Below are positions 27,019 through 35,860 of a DNA stretch of 64,000 nt, in pieces. Each line of letters opens with the position of its first letter. Position 1 is the stretch's first letter. A program made the position numbers and the translations under genes. The stretch is from an uncultured Gammaproteobacteria bacterium. GTDB lineage: Bacteria > Patescibacteriota > Patescibacteriia > Magasanikbacterales > GWA2-37-8. The stretch covers positions 20,677 through 84,676 of the forward strand of contig CAYZGX010000002.1 of assembly GCA_964478235.1 (NCBI GenBank), read 5' to 3'. The notes beneath the pieces were generated by a model. The model was not told the DNA's origin. It saw nothing but the letters and a program-made list of their open reading frames with translations, and made no database searches.

Positions 27019-29523
27019 TTATTTGAGAGCGAGGTGTTCGCGCTCGACGACAAGTGAATAACGCGGTTTTATCTTTTTTCTAATAATCGTTTCAGACATT
27101 AGCTGCTCAACCCGGCTTCGGAAAATACGACGGACATCGCGAGCGCCCTTTTGTGCTGCTGGCAACTCAGCGATGAGCCATTCGAGAACGGCGTCGTTGC
27201 TGGTGAGCTGTGTTTTGTAGCGGACTAAACGTTCGTTAAATCGTTCGAGCTCAAGGGCGGCAATGGAACGAAGCTTATCGGCGCCAAGAGGTTCAAAAGC
27301 ACAGACCGCATCAAGACGATTGATAACTTCGGGAGTGAAAAATTCTTTAAGACGCTCGAGTAAAATATGATTGCCGATTAATGATGGTGACACTCCGCCG
27401 CTAAAACCAATGGTGCCGCGTTTTACGTCGTCAGCGCCGTAGGAGGTGGTCAAAATAATAATAGTATGGCGCAAAGAAATTTTGCGACCAGTCGCATCAG
27501 TGATCTCGCCATTTTCTAAAATTTGAAGCAGTAATTTCATGACATCGCGATGAGCTTTGTCTATTTCATCAAACAAGAGTACTGAATACGGATTCATTTT
27601 AATTTTGTCAGTAAATTGGTTGTGTTCTTTGTAACCAACATAGCCAGCCGGAGAGCCGAGCAGTTTGCTCACCCCAAAGCTTTCGTTGAATTCGCTCATA
27701 TCGAGCTTAATCAAAGCGTCGGAGTGATTGTAGAGTACTTGAGCGAGTGTTTTAGCGAGCTCAGTTTTGCCAACACCACTTTCGCCAACAAACAAAAATG
27801 AGGCGAGTGGGCGATTAGGGTTGGACAGACCGAGTTGAGCTTGGCGGATATGGTCAGCGACAGCTTTGATAACGGCATCTTGCCCAACAATATGCTCTTT
27901 GATTTTAGTTTCTAAACTAAGAAGTGGAGCGGTATCGTCGATAATCAACTCACTTGGTTTGGTACCAATAATTTTGGCGACCTGTTCAGCTACATCTCGA
28001 GCATTAATCGAACCAAGCATAGTAACTTTTTTGGTCTTTAATCCTTCGGTAGCTTTTTTAATCTCAGCGCGAAGACGGCTCTCTTCTTTTTTGAGAACCA
28101 CCGCTTGATCAAAAGCATCGTTTTGCGCCGCTGACTCTTTGGCAATAATAATTTTTTCTAGTTTTTGTTCAAGCTTGGCTAGCTTAGTTTCGCTAGCTGG
28201 TGTTTTGATAGTCAGACGACGAGCGGCAGCTGTTTCATCAATCAGGTCGATCGCTTTGTCTGGTAAGAATTTATTGGTGATATAGCGCAAAGACAGGGTG
28301 ACAGCAGCCTGAATGGCTTCTGGAGTAATGGTAATTTTGTGAAACGCTTCGTAGTGTGGGGCGACGCCAGACAAAATAGCCACGGTATCTTCGGCACTCG
28401 GCTCTTTGACAGTGATTGGCTGGAAGCGACGCTCCAAAGCTGGATCATTTTCAATATATTTTTTGAATTCTGGGGGAGTGGTGGCGCCAATACAGCGGAG
28501 TTGTCCGCGAGCGAGCGCTGGCTTCAAGATGTTGGCTGCGTCCATAGCGCCTTGGTTGGCTCCGGCGCCAACGATATTATGAAGTTCATCAATAAACAAA
28601 ATAATCGAAGGATTACTCGTTGCTTCTTCGATGACTTGGCGAAGGCGGGCTTCAAATTCACCACGATAAATCGTACCAGCAATCAACATGCCCATATCAA
28701 GAGCGTAGATTTTTTTGTTGCGGAGCATCTCGGGCACATCGCCTTCGATAATTCGCTTGGCCAGGCCTTCAACGATGGCAGTTTTGCCAACACCTGGCTC
28801 GCCGAGAAGCAGGGGGTTGTTTTTGGTGCGACGACTGAGCACCTGGATAGCACGTTCAATTTCAACATCGCGACCAATAACTGGATCAATTTGTTTTTGC
28901 TCAGCTTTTTTGGTGAGATTCACGGCAAAAAATTCTAGAGCTGATTCTTTTTTCTTATTTTTCTTCGGCATCATATCAACTTCAAGTGGGTCAGCACCTT
29001 CTTCTAAAAGTTCGTCGACTTTGTGGGTGTTGTCGGCCACTTCGGTGAGGTGGGGGAGGTGTGTTGCGTTCGCAAGCACGACGTCTAATTGTTTTTGGAG
29101 CTCACCTGCATGGACTTTGGCAGTGGTAAGTACGCTTTGAACGGTGGAATCACCAAGTGATAACAAAGCCGAGAGCAAATGCTCTGATCCAATATAATTA
29201 TGACTGTTTTGCTCGGCGATAGACATAGCCTTCTCGAGCACAGCTTTGGCGCCAGGCGAGAGCGGGGTGAGGGTTTGCTGATCAGTAGAGGTGGTTAAAA
29301 AACCTTCTTTTTTGGTCGGCAACGTCAAAACAGCCTGTTCAATCATCTTTTCGGAGATTTTGAAGCGGTTCATGATTTCGGTGGCGACAGAGCCTGTTTC
29401 GTGGGCAGTGGCAAAAAAAAGATGCACCGGCTCAACTGCTGGATTTTTGAGTTCGGTCGCTAAATGGATACTTTTGGCTAAAATATCTTTGAGATGTGAT
29501 GAAAATCGGTCGAGAAGTTGCAT
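27019..29523 (-). CDS. Clp/Hsp100 AAA+ chaperone (ClpC/ClpB family)
   Basis: Clp_N repeats and two AAA+ modules ([15 protein letters not shown] and [15 protein letters not shown]). The start is set at MQLLDRF. Confidence 0.85.
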   Translation of the reverse strand: MQLLDRFSSHLKDILAKSIHLATELKNPAVEPVHLFFATAHETGSVATEIMNRFKISEKMIEQAVLTLPTKKEGFLTTSTDQQTLTPLSPGAKAVLEKAMSIAEQNSHNYIGSEHLLSALLSLGDSTVQSVLTTAKVHAGELQKQLDVVLANATHLPHLTEVADNTHKVDELLEEGADPLEVDMMPKKNKKKESALEFFAVNLTKKAEQKQIDPVIGRDVEIERAIQVLSRRTKNNPLLLGEPGVGKTAIVEGLAKRIIEGDVPEMLRNKKIYALDMGMLIAGTIYRGEFEARLRQVIEEATSNPSIILFIDELHNIVGAGANQGAMDAANILKPALARGQLRCIGATTPPEFKKYIENDPALERRFQPITVKEPSAEDTVAILSGVAPHYEAFHKITITPEAIQAAVTLSLRYITNKFLPDKAIDLIDETAAARRLTIKTPASETKLAKLEQKLEKIIIAKESAAQNDAFDQAVVLKKEESRLRAEIKKATEGLKTKKVTMLGSINARDVAEQVAKIIGTKPSELIIDDTAPLLSLETKIKEHIVGQDAVIKAVADHIRQAQLGLSNPNRPLASFLFVGESGVGKTELAKTLAQVLYNHSDALIKLDMSEFNESFGVSKLLGSPAGYVGYKEHNQFTDKIKMNPYSVLLFDEIDKAHRDVMKLLLQILENGEITDATGRKISLRHTIIILTTSYGADDVKRGTIGFSGGVSPSLIGNHILLERLKEFFTPEVINRLDAVCAFEPLGADKLRSIAALELERFNERLVRYKTQLTSNDAVLEWLIAELPAAQKGARDVRRIFRSRVEQLMSETIIRKKIKPRYSLVVEREHLALK

Positions 29524-29618
29524 AGAGTGGATACTTTCTGACAAGCGGATTGTTGCGTAAAAGATAGGCGTAGTATAGAATATTTTCACGCTTTAGTCAA
29601 AATAAAAAACCTGTTTGT

Positions 29619-30989
29619 ATGGCCTTTCCTCAACACATTTTTAAAGCTTACGATATTCGAGGGTTAGTTGAAGGGGAATTAAGTACTGATTTAGCCTATG
29701 GAATTGGGCGAGCTTTTACTGTTTTCCTCAAGAATAAGGGGTTTTTGCAGGGGGGACGCTCGGTGGTGGTGGGGCAAGATATGCGCGCCACGAGCCCAAG
29801 CTTTGCCGAAGCGGTAATCCGAGGTATTACCGATGAAGGTGCTTCAGTGGTAACTATTGGGCAGGCGACAACTCCTCTCTTTAATTTTGCCTGCGCCCAC
29901 TACCCTGAGCATGCTGGGGGCATTATGGTAACCGCTAGTCACAACCCAGCGGAGTATAATGGCTTTAAGATGACCTTGGACAACGGCTTGCCGGTTGGAA
30001 AAGGGAGTGGTATGGCTGAGATTCGGGATATGGTGGAAAAGAATGTATTCGCTGATGCGCCCGTTAAAGGTTCGGTGAGTACAAAAAGTGTTCTTGAAGA
30101 TTATTACACTCGAGTTTTTAGTTTGGTGCCTCCAAAAGCTGTTCGCCCACTTAAGCTTGTTCTTGATGCTGGTAACGGTATGGGCAAAGTGACGTTTGTG
30201 GAACTTTTGAAGTGTTTGCCGGTGACTGTCGAATATCTTTTCTTAGAACCAGACGGCACGTTTCCGAATCACGAAGCTAACCCGCTCAAAACCTCAACTT
30301 TACGAGATTTGCAAGCAAAAGTGCGAGAAACTGGGGCAGATTTTGGCTTTGCGCTTGACGGCGATGCTGATCGTATTGGCTTAGTAGATGAGCATGGTGA
30401 AGTTGTTGATGCGTCGTTTGTTGGTGCGCTCGTGGGGCTCGAAGTGCTCAAAGTGCATCCGGGCGCTACGATGTTTTTTGATCTCCGCTCGAGTATGATT
30501 ATCCCTGAAGTCTGGTCGGCAGCTGGCGGAAAGCCGGAAATGTGCCAAGTTGGTCATGCCCTCATTAAAAAACAGATGAAAGAAGTCGGTGCTGCCTACG
30601 CGAGTGAGTTGTCGCAACACCTCTATTACAAAGATACCTATGATGTGGAATCGACCGACTTGTCGCTCTTGTTGGTCTTACAGATGCTGTCGCGAGAAAA
30701 TAAACCACTCAGCGAGCTTGTCCGGCCACTCAAAAAATACCACCATTCTGGAGAAATTAATTTTGAAGTACACGATAAAGAAAAAATCATTCGCGCACTT
30801 GAAGAAAAATATGCTCCTACAGCTCTAGAAAAATCTCATCTCGACGGTTTGTACCTCAAGTTTAATTGGGGTTGGTTTAATGTCCGGGCAAGCAATACCG
30901 AGCCAGTCCTTCGCCTCAATGCTGAAGCCAAAGAAGCAGGTGTGCTCCAAGAAAAACTAGCCGAAATTACCGCAGTCATTACCGCTTAA
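29619..30989 (+). CDS. Phosphoglucomutase/phosphomannomutase family protein
   Basis: Active-site TASHNPAEYNGFK and metal-binding FALDGDADR. Confidence 0.8.
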   Translation: MAFPQHIFKAYDIRGLVEGELSTDLAYGIGRAFTVFLKNKGFLQGGRSVVVGQDMRATSPSFAEAVIRGITDEGASVVTIGQATTPLFNFACAHYPEHAGGIMVTASHNPAEYNGFKMTLDNGLPVGKGSGMAEIRDMVEKNVFADAPVKGSVSTKSVLEDYYTRVFSLVPPKAVRPLKLVLDAGNGMGKVTFVELLKCLPVTVEYLFLEPDGTFPNHEANPLKTSTLRDLQAKVRETGADFGFALDGDADRIGLVDEHGEVVDASFVGALVGLEVLKVHPGATMFFDLRSSMIIPEVWSAAGGKPEMCQVGHALIKKQMKEVGAAYASELSQHLYYKDTYDVESTDLSLLLVLQMLSRENKPLSELVRPLKKYHHSGEINFEVHDKEKIIRALEEKYAPTALEKSHLDGLYLKFNWGWFNVRASNTEPVLRLNAEAKEAGVLQEKLAEITAVITA

Positions 30990-30996
30990 TATATAC

Positions 30997-31028
30997 AAAA
31001 AAACCAGCCAAACAGGCTGGTTTTTTTG
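30997..31028. terminator. Bidirectional intrinsic terminator
   Basis: aaaaaaaccagcc-aaaca-ggctggttttttt. Confidence 0.7.
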
Positions 31029-31036
31029 TTGTGGGA

Positions 31037-31924
31037 CTAAGCCATTTCGCGAAGTTTTTTGATGCGATCTTCGAGTGGCGGATGAGTGGAGAGAAGGCTT
31101 AGGAATGATTTACCAGCAAATGGATTACTCAAAAACATATGAGCAGTGGCGCGAGACGCTTGAGGCATTGGTTCGTTTTGCGCTTTAATTTTTTCGAGTG
31201 CGCGAGCAAGTCCTTCTGGGTAGCGGGTGAGGAGACTACCTGAGGCGTCAGCTAAATATTCACGACGACGAGAGATGGCAAGCTTAATCATCTCAGCGAC
31301 AATCGGGGAGAGGATGGCCAAGACAATACCAACGAGCATAAAAATCATAGCAAGCTGTCCGCCGCCACTATCGCTGTCGCGTTTGCCGAAAATAAAGCGA
31401 CTACGTAAAAAGAGGTGGGCAAGAATAGAGATGGAGCCCACCATAACTGCGACAAGCGTCATAAAACGAATGTCGTAGTTTTGGATATGGGACAGTTCAT
31501 GGGCAATAACACCTTCTAATTCTTCATTTTCCAACTGTTGAATAGCGCCGGTGGTGATAGCGATAGATGCTAGCTCAGGTTTCCGGCCAGTGGCAAAAGC
31601 GTTAATGGCTGTGGAATCAATCAAGTATACTTTTGGAACCGGTAGGCCAGAGGTGATAGCCAAATTTTCTACCATGCGATAGACGTAGGCATTATCAGCT
31701 TGGGTGATTGGCCGGGCTCCACTTGTCCAAAGAGCGATTTTGTCGCCTTGAAAATAGGACACAGCAGTGCTTCCGAGTGAGATAAGAATAGCTATCCAAA
31801 CAACACTGTAGGTTTCGTCACCGATCGCCATACTATAGATATAGCCAAGACCGATAATGAAAGCGATAAAAACAGTCATAAGAATGACTGAGCGACGCTT
31901 GTTGGAATCAATTTGTGAATACAT
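31037..31924 (-). CDS. htpX: HtpX-like M48 zinc metalloprotease
   Basis: TM segments and HELSHIQNYD (HExxH). Confidence 0.85.
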   Translation of the reverse strand: MYSQIDSNKRRSVILMTVFIAFIIGLGYIYSMAIGDETYSVVWIAILISLGSTAVSYFQGDKIALWTSGARPITQADNAYVYRMVENLAITSGLPVPKVYLIDSTAINAFATGRKPELASIAITTGAIQQLENEELEGVIAHELSHIQNYDIRFMTLVAVMVGSISILAHLFLRSRFIFGKRDSDSGGGQLAMIFMLVGIVLAILSPIVAEMIKLAISRRREYLADASGSLLTRYPEGLARALEKIKAQNEPMPQASRATAHMFLSNPFAGKSFLSLLSTHPPLEDRIKKLREMA

Positions 31925-31947
31925 AAAAGATAAGAAAAGTATGTAGT

Positions 31948-31976
31948 GAGTATAGAAGACACCATCCGCGCTGTCA
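31948..31976 (-). promoter_or_regulatory. Sigma70-type promoter of htpX
   Basis: Minus strand: TTGACA, a 17-bp spacer, then TATACT, placed right after the upp terminator. Confidence 0.55.
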
Positions 31977-31985
31977 ATTAAAAAG

Positions 31986-32020
31986 GTTTCGCCCGCTCCA
32001 GTGATATGCTGAAGCGGGCG
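31986..32020 (-). terminator. Terminator of upp
   Basis: cgcccgc...gcgggcg hairpin followed by a T-run on the minus strand. Confidence 0.55.
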
Positions 32021-32061
32021 GGGTAAACCTCCTTGTGAATTGTGGGGTGTTGCGGCGCTGC

Positions 32062-32760
32062 CTAGGCGAGGCCAGTCAACCGCTCGCCGACGTCTCCGGC
32101 GCCGGGCACGATATAGCTCTTGTCAGTCAGCCGTCGGTCCACCGAGTAGGTATAGATATGGAGCGGGAGACCGAGACTGTTCAGCTTTTCAGCGAACAAG
32201 CTCGTGATGATGAGATTGAGACAAAGGATCTTCTTCGGCATACCGTGGCCGTCATCAACGTACTGTTTGAGCGCTTGCGCGATCGTCGAGCCGGTTGCTC
32301 CCATGCAGTCGGGGATGAGGAGGATCTGGCCCTCGAGATCGCCGAGCTTCTTATAGCTCACCTCGGCTCCTCGCACCCGGCCCTCGCTGTCGCTCACCCG
32401 GCTGATGCCGAGAAAATCAATGCGGTGGTGATCGAGATACTGGTCGAGCACTTCCGAGCAAACATTCGACGGAATGTCTCCGCCTCTGAGGAGATTCAGG
32501 ATGACGACCTGAGACGAAGGATCGATGATGGTGCTCGTCGCAACTGCGTCATCAACATAGGTTGACATCGGAGTGATTACCGACGCCTGCTTGATCGGAA
32601 GCTCGCGCGATGCAACTTCTTGAATAAGCTTGAAGTACAAACCGCGGGTCAAACGACGAAAATCGCTGGCCTTGGTATCCTTATCGCGCCAGCGAGACAT
32701 TTCTGTCTGGGCGCAACGATCAGGAATGACCGTCGTACAGTTATATGTGCGCATTGGCAC
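32062..32760 (-). CDS. upp: Uracil phosphoribosyltransferase
   Basis: PRPP-binding motif LLIPDCMGATGST and C-terminal YIVPGAGDVGER. GC is about 58%, higher than its neighbours. Confidence 0.85.
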   Translation of the reverse strand: MPMRTYNCTTVIPDRCAQTEMSRWRDKDTKASDFRRLTRGLYFKLIQEVASRELPIKQASVITPMSTYVDDAVATSTIIDPSSQVVILNLLRGGDIPSNVCSEVLDQYLDHHRIDFLGISRVSDSEGRVRGAEVSYKKLGDLEGQILLIPDCMGATGSTIAQALKQYVDDGHGMPKKILCLNLIITSLFAEKLNSLGLPLHIYTYSVDRRLTDKSYIVPGAGDVGERLTGLA

Positions 32761-32834
32761 ACCTCACATCTCGTACCGGTAGGGGGGAAGACCTGCCCAA
32801 ACGACCGGATAGCGTTCGGCAGTAAATTTGGGCT

Positions 32835-32863
32835 AGTGTAGCGATTATTTGATGCGTTGTCAA
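32835..32863 (-). promoter_or_regulatory. Sigma70-type promoter of upp
   Basis: Minus strand: TTGACA, a 17-bp spacer, then TACACT, directly after the lemA terminator. Confidence 0.5.
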
Positions 32864-32869
32864 TTAAAA

Positions 32870-32900
32870 AACCCCGACCATAACGATCGGGGTTTGAACT
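32870..32900 (-). terminator. Terminator of lemA
   Basis: ccccga-tcgttatgg-tcgggg hairpin followed by tttttt on the minus strand. Confidence 0.65.
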
Positions 32901-32910
32901 AGATTGCTGA

Positions 32911-33525
32911 CTAGAATTGTACTTTTACGTTAGCGCGTTCGCCTTCAGCAGCAGAAAAGAATTCATATTTGGTGAAGCGAAGCATTCCAGCGATAAGGTT
33001 CGTTGGGAAAACCTGGATCTTGGTGTTGAAGTCGCGGACATTACCATTATAAAATCGGCGAGAAGCTTGGATTTTATTTTCAGTGTCAGCGATTTCATCC
33101 TGCAATTGGAGGAAGTTCTGGCTTGCTTTCAAATCTGGATAGGCTTCGGATACTGCAAACAAACTCTTAAGAGTATTCGAGAGTTGGTTTTCAGCTGCTT
33201 CACGTTGTGCCAAAGTAGCATTTTTATCATCATGAGTTTTCATAGCTGCCGAGCGAGCTTCGGTCAATTTGACCAAGGTTTCGCGCTCATGAGTCATATA
33301 ACCTTTAACTGTCTCTACCAAATTAGGGATAAGGTCGTAGCGACGTTTGAGCTGAACATCGATATCACTCGTTGCTTCGTCAACGCGATTTTTGAGACGG
33401 ATTAAACCATTGAAGGTGAGAATAAGCCAAAGTGCTAAGACACCTAACACGATGAGAGCTATAGTAAGTGGTGACATAAATACGCTAGTATTAAATAGGG
33501 TATCGCACATTAAAGTAGGCGACAA
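32911..33525 (-). CDS. lemA: LemA family membrane protein
   Basis: N-terminal TM helix and the LemA block LKNRVDEA...QLKRRYDLIPNLV. An alternative start is the Met at 33477. Confidence 0.8.
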   Translation of the reverse strand: MSPTLMCDTLFNTSVFMSPLTIALIVLGVLALWLILTFNGLIRLKNRVDEATSDIDVQLKRRYDLIPNLVETVKGYMTHERETLVKLTEARSAAMKTHDDKNATLAQREAAENQLSNTLKSLFAVSEAYPDLKASQNFLQLQDEIADTENKIQASRRFYNGNVRDFNTKIQVFPTNLIAGMLRFTKYEFFSAAEGERANVKVQF

Positions 33526-33590
33526 CCCTTTATTTTTATCTGTCCGTAGTATATACTACGAAAATTAAGTTAGCAAGTTGTTTTATCGGT

Positions 33591-34763
33591 ATGTTCACCT
33601 TATTTGTCTTTCTCGCTGTCCTCGGTATTCTCGTTATTTCACACGAATTTGGCCATTTTATTATGGCTCGTCGAGCTGGTATTCGGGTGGAAGAATTCGG
33701 CTTTGGTTTTCCTCCACGCCTATTTGGGGTTCGCCGATTGGTGGAAAATGGACGAGTGCGTTGGCAATGGGTGGTGGGTCGCGAATCCACCCAACAAGAA
33801 GATAGAACTTTGCCGACACTCTATTCTTTCAACCTCATTCCGCTGGGTGGTTTTGTACGCATCAAAGGTGAAAATGCAGCTGAAATTGGCGCCAGTGACA
33901 CCGATAGTTTTGCGCGAAAAAGTACTTGGATTAAAACCAAAGTCTTGTTGGCGGGTGTAGCTATGAATGTCTTCGTGGCATATGTTCTACTCTCTGTTGG
34001 TTTTATGATTGGTCAACCAACAGTGGCTAACGGCACTGTTTCGCTGGCCGATAGACATCTTCATATTGTGGAGGTATTGTCAGACACACCGGCTCAAAGG
34101 GCTGGGCTTCAGCCGGGGGATGTGGTCTTAAAAATGGGGGAGACGAGCGCGCCGACGTTGAGTGAATTTCAAGCTTATATTGCTGGTCACGAAGGGGCGC
34201 CAGTTGCTATCACTATCACTCGCGGAGCAGAAACATTAGAAAAAACGATCACACCAGCACTCCTCAAAGAAACTGGTCGGGCAGCCATTGGGGTGGCGCT
34301 CGCCGACGTTGGAGTGGAGAAATATGTCTGGTACAAAGCTTTCTACAAAGGCATTTTTGCCACCGGCGTCTATATTCGAGAAATCCTCGTTGCTTTCGGT
34401 CTCTTGTTTAAAGGACTCTTCACTGGTCAGGGAGTCGATGGGAATATCTCTGGTCCAGTTGGTGTCGCTGTAATGACTGGTGAGGTTGCTCGCCTCGGTA
34501 TTAGCTATCTTCTGCAGTTCACCGCCATGCTATCGCTCAATCTAGCTGTCTTGAACGCTCTGCCGATTCCAGCGCTTGATGGTGGTCGTTGGTTGTTTGT
34601 GCTTATCGGCGCTATTCGTCGTCGCCCGGTCACTCCACGCTTGGAGCAAACGATTCACGCTGTTGGTTTTATGGCTTTGATGTTTTTGGTGGTGGTCGTA
34701 ACAGCCAAAGATCTGGGAGCATTTAAAGATGTATTTATTGGTTGGTTTCAAGCTATTTTATAA
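33591..34763 (+). CDS. rseP: Site-2 protease RseP (M50 zinc metalloprotease with PDZ domain)
   Basis: HEFGHF (HExxH) in TM1, a PDZ-like middle region and multiple TM helices. Confidence 0.85.
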   Translation: MFTLFVFLAVLGILVISHEFGHFIMARRAGIRVEEFGFGFPPRLFGVRRLVENGRVRWQWVVGRESTQQEDRTLPTLYSFNLIPLGGFVRIKGENAAEIGASDTDSFARKSTWIKTKVLLAGVAMNVFVAYVLLSVGFMIGQPTVANGTVSLADRHLHIVEVLSDTPAQRAGLQPGDVVLKMGETSAPTLSEFQAYIAGHEGAPVAITITRGAETLEKTITPALLKETGRAAIGVALADVGVEKYVWYKAFYKGIFATGVYIREILVAFGLLFKGLFTGQGVDGNISGPVGVAVMTGEVARLGISYLLQFTAMLSLNLAVLNALPIPALDGGRWLFVLIGAIRRRPVTPRLEQTIHAVGFMALMFLVVVVTAKDLGAFKDVFIGWFQAIL

Positions 34764-34822
34764 GCACTAGAGTATACGGCATTTTTCTGCTAGTATAGGT
34801 ATCAAACAACCTTAATGAATGT

Positions 34823-35854
34823 ATGCAATCTAAACTTGAACAATTAAAAAACGAAGCCTTGCTCGCGATTAAGGCAGTAAAAGACAAGGCGCATCTGGAA
34901 GAGCTGGAAAACAAAGTGCTTGGCCGTAAAGCCGGGGAGCTCACCCAACTGCTCAAAGAGCTTAAAGATTTAACCGGGGAAGCTCGGGCTGCCGCTGGGC
35001 AAATGGCCAACGAAGTAAAGCAATTGATTGAAAGCGAGTTCAAAGCTCGTCGTGATATTTTTGAAGCTGAAGAATGGATGACCAAGGCTGAAGAAGAGCG
35101 AATCGATATCTCTGAGCCATCACTCGGAGCTTCGCGTCGCGGATCGCTTCACCCAAACACACTGGTACAGCAAGATCTGGAAGATTTGTTTACTTCCATG
35201 GGTTTTGCAGTGCTCGACGGACCTGAGCTCGAAAGTGATTATTATAATTTTTCAGCGCTCAATATTCCTGAAAACCATCCAGCTCGGGACATGCAAGATA
35301 CGTTTTATGTTAAAGAGCATAGTAACTGGGTGATGCGCACTCACACTTCGCCTATGCAGGTGAGAGCGCTCCAAAAATATGGTGCTCCACTGCGCGCGAT
35401 TGTGCCAGGAAAATGTTTCCGTAATGAAGCGACCGATGTTCGCCATGAGCACACCTTTTATCAGATGGAAGGGTTAGTTGTTGATAAAAATATTACTTTT
35501 AGTCATCTGAAAGGCGTGCTTGAAGCTGTCGCTAAGCATCTGTATGGGGAAGAAACAAAAGTGCGTCTTCGCCCTAAGTTTTATCCATTTGTGGAGCCAG
35601 GTGTCAACGGCGAAGTGTCATGCTTTATGTGTAAAGGCGTTGGTTGTCGTTTGTGTAAACACACCGGTTGGTTGGAAGTCTTTGGTGCCGGTATGGTGCA
35701 TCCAAACGTACTCAAAGAAGGTGGAGTAGATAGTTCGGTCTACCAAGGTTTTGCTTTTGGTTTTGGTCTGACCCGCTTGGTAATGCTTAAATATGGCATC
35801 GACGATATTCGCTTGCTCCAAAACGGCCAGATTTCTTTCTTAGAACAGTTCTAG
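34823..35854 (+). CDS. pheS: Phenylalanyl-tRNA synthetase alpha subunit
   Basis: Class II core with HPARDMQDTFY. Confidence 0.9.
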   Translation: MQSKLEQLKNEALLAIKAVKDKAHLEELENKVLGRKAGELTQLLKELKDLTGEARAAAGQMANEVKQLIESEFKARRDIFEAEEWMTKAEEERIDISEPSLGASRRGSLHPNTLVQQDLEDLFTSMGFAVLDGPELESDYYNFSALNIPENHPARDMQDTFYVKEHSNWVMRTHTSPMQVRALQKYGAPLRAIVPGKCFRNEATDVRHEHTFYQMEGLVVDKNITFSHLKGVLEAVAKHLYGEETKVRLRPKFYPFVEPGVNGEVSCFMCKGVGCRLCKHTGWLEVFGAGMVHPNVLKEGGVDSSVYQGFAFGFGLTRLVMLKYGIDDIRLLQNGQISFLEQF

Positions 35855-35860
35855 ACTCCT

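Noticed and set aside
31971-32863. 13-bp direct repeat tgtcaattaaaaa flanking upp, first considered as att-site duplication of an inserted upp gene.
   Set aside because: On the minus strand each copy is the U-tract of a terminator fused to a TTGACA -35 hexamer with a correctly spaced -10. They are therefore better explained as terminator-promoter junctions. The GC anomaly of upp is reported separately.
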